A stretch of DNA of 37,686 bases from a virus (taxonomy: Duplodnaviria; Caudoviricetes), in IMG/VR virus record IMGVR_UViG_3300034104_002149, positions 1 through 37,686 of that record, one strand, 5' to 3'. Under the pieces are notes generated by a model that saw only the letters and a program-made list of their open reading frames with translations, was not told the origin of the DNA and made no database searches. The translations under genes and the position numbers were made by a program. Shown here piece after piece: positions 27,401 to 36,400 of this stretch (within the stretch, counting starts at the first letter, position 1; each line of letters opens with the position of its first letter).

Positions 27401-30400
27401 TGGTGATATGCAGCAGTTTAAGGCTGTCCCTGGAAGCGTTACGATTGGCATCGGGAATGTTCCGTTCGCAGGCGGAACGGTAGCTGATTCCAATAAGCGA
27501 TACGGGGAGCCACTAAACCTTCACAATTACTCGATCGCCCGCCATTTAGATGCGTTGGCTCCAGGCGGGGTAGTTGTGGTGATTTCATCGCACAACACGC
27601 TAGATTCAAACATCAAGCAGAGAAAGCTACTCGCGTCCAAAGGTGAGTTGATTGGGGCGATTCGCCTGCCCAATGACGCATTTGCATCTAACGCAAAAAC
27701 CGAAGTCGTTACGGATATCCTCGTGTTTCGAAGACCGAGACAAGGAGATCCTGCGATCGGAGTACGGTTCGATCAGAACGTAGACATTACTGTAAAAAAC
27801 AAGGACGGTAAGGATGTAACTAAGCAGATCAATCGGTATTTTGTTGAAAACCCAGAGATGGTTTTGGGTACTCACTCTGCTAAAGGTTCGATGTATGCCG
27901 CAGATGAATACACCGTAGAAAGTACGCCTGGGGACTTGCAAAGCAAGATCAATGCAGCGATCGAAAAACTTCCGAGGGATATTCTCGGGACTGTATCAGT
28001 TGCCGAGTCAGTTGTCGCTACAGATGCGTCTATCCCGTTCGGAAGACTCGAAATGCGGGGCAAAAATGTTGTTATGGGCTACGGCGATTCGTTTACACCA
28101 ATAGCCGGAAAGAAGTTTGAAGGTTTTCCAGTTGACCTAACAGGTAAAACTGGTGTCGCGAGAGCTAAAGACTTTATTGGGTTGCGAGATGCGTTAGCCT
28201 TAGCTAGAGAGACTATGCTAAGCGAAGAAGCATCCGAAGATGACGTTAAAAGCGCACAGAAAAAACTTGGGGACGCATACGATAAGTACGTGGAAAAGCA
28301 CGGCAATCTGAATGACAGAAAGACCAGTATATTTAAGCGCGATCCGGATTACTATCGTGTCCTCGCCTTGGAAAACGAAAAAGGAGAGTATGACCCAGCT
28401 TCCAAGAAGATAGTCATAACGTACAGCAAAGCGTCTATTTTCACGGAAAGGGTCTTGGGGCCGCAGAGGGAGCCGACATCAGCAGCAAGCCCTGCCGATG
28501 CAATGTCAATTTCTCTAGCATGGAAAGGCGCTATAGATTCTGCTTACATTGGAAGGCTGTTGGGCTTAGACGCAATCGAAGCCGAGGCGAAGCTTATCGA
28601 AGAAGGTCTAGCGTTCAGAAACCCATCCACAACGCAACTAGAGATGTCTGACCTTTACCTAAGCGGAAACGTCCGGTCGAAACTTGAGCAGGCTAAAATT
28701 AGTGCCGAGGAAGATCCGCAATACCAAAAAAATGTCGATGCGCTTGAAAAGGTGTTGCCGGAACCAGTTGCGCTTAAAAAGGACACAGTGCGTCTTGGAG
28801 CAACGTGGATACCAGAAAACGTCATATCTGCATTTGCCGCACAAGCATTCGGTACTGAAATAGGAGTGTCTTACAATGCGAATACCGACTCCTGGACGGT
28901 AGGTACTCCTTACGGTATTTCGGAAACAGCAAAAGCAAGGTATCAGACTGAAAGAATTAGACCGCATGAAATTCTTGCCGAACTTCTGAATCTGCGATCC
29001 ATAAAAGTTTTCGACAAGGTTGAGACTGGCGAATCTGACAGTTCCGGTAGACCGAAGACTACGCAAGTTTTGAACGAAAAAGAGACGCAAGCCGCCAAGC
29101 ACAGGGCTTCTGTTATGCGAGCAGATTTCGAGAAGTGGGTTCTCGAAAACAGAGACGTTTCTCAGGTACTCGCAAAGATTTACAATGAAAGATACAACAA
29201 CTTCGTTCGTGCTAAATACAACGGGGATTTTTTAACGCTTCCTGGATCGAATCCGGAGGTCAAGTTACGTCCGTATCAAAAGGACGCAATCTGGAGGATT
29301 ATCAATCGCGGAACCGCCCTTTTGGCTCACGCTGTTGGAAGCGGAAAGACCTATACAATGATCGGCGCGGCGATGGAGATGCGTAGGCTCGGTATCGCTC
29401 GTCGCCCGTTGCTAGTCGTTCAAAACGCAACGCTCGGTCAGTTTGCAACCAGCTTTCAAAAAATGTATCCAAATGCCAAGGTTCTTGTTGCAACAAAAGA
29501 AGACCTTGGGAAAGGCAAGCGTCAGCTTTTCTTAAACAAGATAAGCACAGGTGACTGGGATGCTGTTGTCATGGCGCAGAGCACTCTGGACAACATGGCA
29601 TCTGATGAGAATGTTGAGCGTGCGTTTATTCAGGATCAGATAGACTTGCTCGAAGAGTCGATAAGAGAAGAAGGCGGGGCGCATTCAAAAACACCAACGG
29701 TCAAACAACTGGTTCGACAAAAGAAATCACTACAGGACAGGTTCGACAAGTTAATGGGAAGTCGAGCCAAGAAAGGAGACAACGTTGTATTCGAGGACTT
29801 GAATGTAGATGCGTTGTTTTTGGATGAGGCGCATGCTTACAAGAAGCCTACTTTTGCAACCAAGCTGTCTAACTTGGTTGGACTGAACACCGAGTCCAGC
29901 GCGAAGTCTTTAGCGACGATGATAAAAGTTAGGTCTGTTCAATCAGCCAACAACGGTAGAAACGTGATCCTTGCCACGGGGACTCCAGTAACAAACACTC
30001 TCGGTGAAGCATGGCACATGGTCAACTATGTTTCTCCAGCAACAAACGCGGCGTTTAACTCGCGAACCTTCGATCAGTTTATCAGCAACTTCGCTATGGT
30101 TGAGCCAACGTTGACAATGAACGCCGGTGGACAATATGTCTACAAAGATGCTATTGTAAAATTCAGAAACGGCAGGCAACTCGTTGAATACATTAACGAC
30201 AGTTGGGATATTGTAACTCCGGAAAACTTGCGGGCTTACATGGAAAGCAACAAAAAAGGCTTTCCTGTTTTGAGGAACGGAAAGCTTACCGCAATAACTG
30301 TTGATAGAACTCCTGGCGTAGCAAGCTTCATGGCGTTTATAGAAAGCGTTTATGCTAGATACAAGAGCCTAAAGGCTAAAGAAAGAAGGGAGTTAAGTTT

Positions 30401-33400
30401 TATACCGGCTTTGGCTTATGGAGCATCAAAGGCAGCCACCCTGGATATTCGGCTAGTTAGACCAAACGCAGCGGAGGAGAAAAACTCAAAACTCCAAGTT
30501 GCTGCCGATGAAATAACGCGAATATACGAAGAGTCGATGGAAAACAAGGGAACGCAACTTGTGTTTTCTGATGTCAAGAATCCGTACAGCATGGATCGCA
30601 TAAACCAGTTCATGGGCGGAGAGGCTATAAGCGCCTTTGAGGTTGACGATCAGATGGAAGGCGATGTGGTTGCTGAAGAGGCTCCAAGCGACTCCGACAG
30701 CTTTTTGTATCAAGAGTTAAAACGAAAGCTTCTTGCTTCTGGCATTCCTAGTGAGCAAATAGCGTTTATCTCTGATGCAAACACGGACGCAAAGCGACAG
30801 GCGTTGTTTCAAAGGGTGAACAATGGCGATGTGCGAATCTTGATTGGAAGTACCTCTAAAATGGGGGTTGGTGTCAATGTCCAGCAAAAGCTAGTCGCAA
30901 TACATCATTTCGACACCCCTTGGTTGCCAGCCGACCTTGAACAGCGAGAAGGGAGGATCCTGCGGTTCGGCAACGAAAATGAAATCGTAGAGGTGCTTCG
31001 GTACGCCATGAAGAAAACGCTCGATGGAGCTATCTACATGGGAACATCGAGAAAACAGAAGTTTATCTGGCAAGTTTTGAACGGTCAGCTTGATTCTGAC
31101 ACGTTCGACGATCCTTCGAGTGCTTCGATGTTAAGTATTGAAGAACAGCTCGCGGCGATTCAGGACGACCCAGTGTTCTTCGAAAAGATTGAGGTTCAGA
31201 ATAGGCTGCGAGAACTCGAACTTGAGCGACAATCGTTCTTTGATGCGCAACAAAGAGTTGCTGATTCTTTAAGGAACACCGAAAGCGATTTGAGATACAG
31301 AAGGGACTCGATAATCCCTCAACTTAAAAGCAGGCTGGATCGGATCGGTGAGATAAAAAAGAAAATCGAGGACGCTGGCGGATCGCTTGATGCGTTCTCA
31401 GCTAGGATAGACGGAAAAGACTACACTGACCCCAAAAAAGCCGATGAGGCTGTAAAAGCTAAGCTTGAGGAGGCTAAAAGGTATGTAGCCAAAAACTTCG
31501 ACAGCTTGCAAACTGTTTTTGCGGCTGGCGGATTGCTAAAGCTTAGCAGGAATCAATTAGTGACGTTTACTATTGGGCCTGCAAATGTAGCAATTGGGCT
31601 TGAGCCAATGTATATGCAAGAGCTTAACGACGAAGGCAAGGAGGTGACAAAAGCAGTCGCAAGGGCTAGGTCTATCGCTTACTTGATCGAGCCTTCCGGG
31701 GACTACATTTTCTACGAAGGCAATGCTACCGTCCCGGCAACATTCTTCGAAAAGATGGGCAATGTGCCCAATGATGTTAGGAGAGAAATAGAGAATAGCG
31801 AGGATTTGGTAGTTAGGTATGAGTCAAAGATAGCTGAGTTGAAAACACTACTTGGTAAGCAATGGGAAGACGAAGCAGAGTACCAGGAAAAAACTGGTAG
31901 ACTTTCGGAAATCGAAGCGATAATGCTTGCAAGTGGCGGTTCTCTCTCGGAAAAGAAAGCTGACGAGAAAACCGAAAATGAGCCGGAAGGAGATTCGGAT
32001 TTAGACAACAACCTCCGCAACCTCCCGCCACCGCTTTTCCAGACCGCCCCAGACGTAAACGAGAATATGTGGTCGGAGGCGTTGAACCTCTCCATCGCCG
32101 CTCAGGACGCTGGAATCAAGAGCCTACGCGACTTCGTTGCCTACTCGGTCAAAACCATTGGTCGCGATCGCACGTTGCAGGTGAGCCGTTTCCTTCGCTT
32201 AGCGGCAGAAGTCGCAGGCATGGATGGTGTACAGCAGGCGGCAGCCGTCTCGGGCATCACACGCGATCAAGTTGTCACGATGGCAAAGAGGGCGTTTGGC
32301 AAGAGGCTGTCCGAAGATCAGATTGAAACTGGAGTTACGATCGAGGACATCACCGCGTTCGGCAGAAACGAGATCGGATTTGCTCCGTTCGGAACGCCGG
32401 TGCCTGAAGAGGCGATGGCACAAGAAGATTTCGACCAACCATCGGGCTACAAGTTCACCGAGAGCGAATACCGTCCTGCCGTCGTGTCATACGCTCGCGA
32501 CAAGTGGGGTGAGAAGATTGCACCAAACGGTAAGCCGACATGGCAAAACTTCGTGCGGTGGTTTGGTGATAGCAAGGTGGTGGACAAGGACGGAAAACCT
32601 CTGGTTGTGTATCACGGAGGCGCAAAAACAATAGACGGCAATACTGTTCGCACGCCGTTCTTTTACATGACCGCCAACAGGTCTGAAGCGGAATACTGGG
32701 CGGGAGAAAACGGCAGAGTTCACGAGGTCTACCTGAAGTTCACCAAGCCATATCGGGACAGTCAGCACGACGACCGATTTATGGATATGGAGGAAAGAGC
32801 GCAAGATTACGATTGGGACGATCCCGAGTTTGCCGAAGAACTGCGAGAGGTGACGAGGGAAGCTGTATCTCGGATGAATGAGTTGAAGGGTCAAGGGTAC
32901 AACAGCATTGTGATGCAGGGGGAAGCAGATGAGAACTACGACAACTTCATTGCCTTCGACCCAACCCAAATCAAATCAGCAACGGGTAACGCTGGCACGT
33001 TCGACCCAAGTAATCCAAACATGCTCATGCAGAGGGCAACACAAACCGACACGCCAGCGTTCAAGGCTTGGTTTGGCGATAGCAAGGTGGTGGATGAGGA
33101 TGGAAATCCATTGGTGGTTTACCACGGGCGTGCATCTGGATACGATATTTTGAAAGGGGGAATGGGCGTCCGAACAGGACTTCACAGCGAGGGTATCTGG
33201 TTCACTCCGAACCCAGACTTTGCTTCCGAGTTTGCTGAATACGCACTACCGGAGGGTGGTGCTGGTCCAAACGTAGTTGCGGTTTATCTTTCAATTAAAA
33301 ACCCTGCGACTGTATACAACGAAGAACTTAGGTACGTGCGAGTCGCTGACCTGAAAGCACAAGGGTACGATGGCGCGTATGACGCTCAAACAGGAGCGTG

Positions 33401-36400
33401 GATCGCTTTTGACTCGGAGCAGATCAAGTCGGCCACCGGCAATCGCGGCACGTTCGACCCGAACAACCCTAGCATCTTGATGCAGAACCAACAGCAGGGT
33501 GGCAGCGTCAAGGGCTGGACGAAGTTCATCAGCGCACATCGAGCATTGATCGGAGCGACAAGCAAGGCAGACTTCTCGACGTTCATCCACGAGTTCTTCC
33601 ATCCGATGCGACTGTTCCTGCTCAACAAGAGCGTGCCAGCCGAAAAGCGTGCCGACATCACCGACGAGGAAATCGAAGCGTTAGAGAAGGCGAGCGGTGC
33701 TGGAAGCTTTGTGAATGGCAAATGGGTAACGAAGTGGGATGTGAAGGCGGAAGAAAAAGCCGCCAAGATGTGGGAGCAGTATTGGTATGAGGGTGACTCT
33801 CCGAATAGCGTCCTCGATTCTTTGTTCCAGAAAATCTCCCGTTGGATGCGAGAAGTCTACAGTGGCATTCAGGAAATCACTGGAACGCCTCTCCCCAAGG
33901 AAATCCGCGATCTGTTCGACAAGTTGGTTCAGCGAGGGTTGCCAGCCGACCAGCGTGGCGGCAAGGGCGGCGAGCCTGTTTCCAGGGGCGAGCCCGTCTT
34001 GCGTCCAGTAGACCCAGTGACGAGCATCAAGAACGAGGTGGCTAACCGAATAGCTCTACTTCGAGGATCCCCCGGGCTGGTGGAACCAGAAGCCCAAACG
34101 ATGGACGAATGGCTAGAGGAGGCTAGCAACAGGCTTAGGCAGGATCCAACCCTCGGAGATCGACTGGTTAAGGAATTGGATGCTGATCCTACAGGCCCAG
34201 ACCAAATTGACACAGCGGTCTTGCAGATGCACTACCGGGGGCTTAACAACGCTCTCTATGCGGCTCAGGATCGATTGTTTGCAGCTAAAGACCGAAAGGA
34301 CAGCGTTGCCGCAGCCAAGGCACTCAAGGAGGTTGATGCGATAACAAACTCCCTTGAGGAGATAGAGCGAGTCAACAAAAAGATCGGAACTTTGCAAGCA
34401 AGATCGTTTGCAGCTAGGAAAATCACGCTATATGCAGATTTCTCTCGCGCTGCATTGGAACGGCAAGGAAGGGCTGCCAATGGCGGTGAGAGGCTGAACG
34501 AAGAGCAATTGAGGCAAATTGCTGAACTGGCTGCGGAACTGGCGAAGGTTCAGGGCGACTTGGCGAAAGCCGAGCAAGTGATTGCCGACCTTCAACGGCA
34601 GGATGGTGTGCGTCAAGTGGTCGACGACGACTTGAAGAAAGCACCCAAGCCTAAAGCCAAGAGCGAGCCACGGCAAAAAGCCGCCACGGCAGTGCAGAGC
34701 TTCGTCAAGAAGTTCTCAAGCATCTTCAAGCCCAAGAATGGCTCTGACACGCTGATGCAGACCGAAGACGAACGAATGGCTGAAGAAGCCGAGAGCGTCG
34801 TCATGGCATACGTCGAAGCTGGCGTATTCTCCTACGGTGAACTGCTAGCCAATTTGCGCAAAGAGATAGGTGGCGAACTGCCTGTTCAGGCTCAGGCGGC
34901 TTTTGCGACCGCATGGGAGAAGATCAAGGCGCAAGGTGAAATCCCGATTCCTATGGTCAGCCCTGGGGATGTTGAGGGGCTTACCCGTATCGCTCGTGAG
35001 ATCCAAATAGCGATTATTGAAAGCGGAATCGTCACGGCGGATCAAGAAGACCGTGCCGAAGTCGTCCTCGATGCAGTCTGGAGATCGCTCCAAGAGATCG
35101 ACCCAGAGATCACCGAGCGGCAGACAATGGATGCGCTGAGTGGATACGGGCAGTTTACGCCGATTTCCAAAGACGAAATGAAGCGACTGCAACGCGACAT
35201 CAATGGTCAGTTGCTCCAAATGGCGAAGATCAAGGACTTGGAAGCCGATATCCGCCCCAAGGCTACGGGTGCTCAGCGTCGTGAAATGTCCGACGAGGAA
35301 CGAGCGTTGGTGCGACAGGTCAATGAATTGAAGCGCAATAGCAAGCTCTATACCGAGGATGAGCAGGGGCTCTTGACGACAGCAATCGGTGCGGCAATGC
35401 GGGCTACGAAAAACCGCATCAGGGATTTGCGCAAGGCTATGGATGAAGGCAAGCCGATCGCCAAGACGCAGGTAGACTTGGCGAGCAAAGACAAGGATTT
35501 GGCTGAGCAAAAGCGAATCCTGGCGGAAGTTACCAAAGACTACCGCGAGATGTTTCCTCGGCAGGGAGCGACCAAGGAGCAACGGCTTGCAGCAGCTCTC
35601 AGGGCTACCGATCGGGAGATCGAAAGGGTTACGGAACAACTCCGCACCGGAGATTTCTCGCCTAGAGGTCGTGCTGAGCCCGTAACGAGCGCAGAACTGA
35701 GAGCCAAGCAAGCAGAGCTCGAATCGTTGCGTGCTCAGAGGGACGCGATTAAGGCACAACAGAACCCCAAGATGAGCCCTCAAGAGCGAGCAGAGGTAGC
35801 TTATATCGCCAACCTGAAAAACAGGATTGCGGATTACGAAGATCGCATGGCGCACGGCTACTTTGGAGCAAAACCCAAGAAAGCACCGCTTGAAAGCGAC
35901 GAGATAACCAAGCACAGGAGGCGGCTTGAGGAAAAGAAAGAGGAGTTCTTCCGTTTGGCGGCAGAATGGCGATTGTCGCAGTTGAGCCCCAAAGAGAGGG
36001 TTTTTGACTGGGCTCGGGAGATTTCATTCCTGGCAAGAGCGATTATGACATCCATGGACTTGTCGGCGGTGTTCCGCCAGGGCGGCCCAGGGACGTTCGC
36101 CCACCCAATGCTTGCTAAAGAAGCAGCAAAGGAAATGCGACGGGCTATCTTCAGCCAAGAGGAAGAGTTTAATATCGCCGAGAACATCAAAAAGCACCGG
36201 CTTTATCCACTTGCCGTACAAACCAAGCTAGATATCACAACAAGTGCCGGAGCGATTCAAAATCAAGAAGAAGCTTTTTACGGTCGCTGGGCACGGGACG
36301 GCATTGGCAAGAAGGGCACAAAGATCAACAAGATCAGCAAGGCTGTTTTGACACCTGTTGCAATGTCTGCGAGGGCTTACACGACCTACCTCAACGGCTT

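Noticed and set aside
22834-34045. Other alternative-frame ORFs in the giant gene (22834, 23152, 23755, 27235, 32069, 32224, 32929, 33787, 33842)
   Set aside because: They lack a clear SD-ATG pair and read as R/S/L-rich shadows. Several overlap conserved domains in the main frame.
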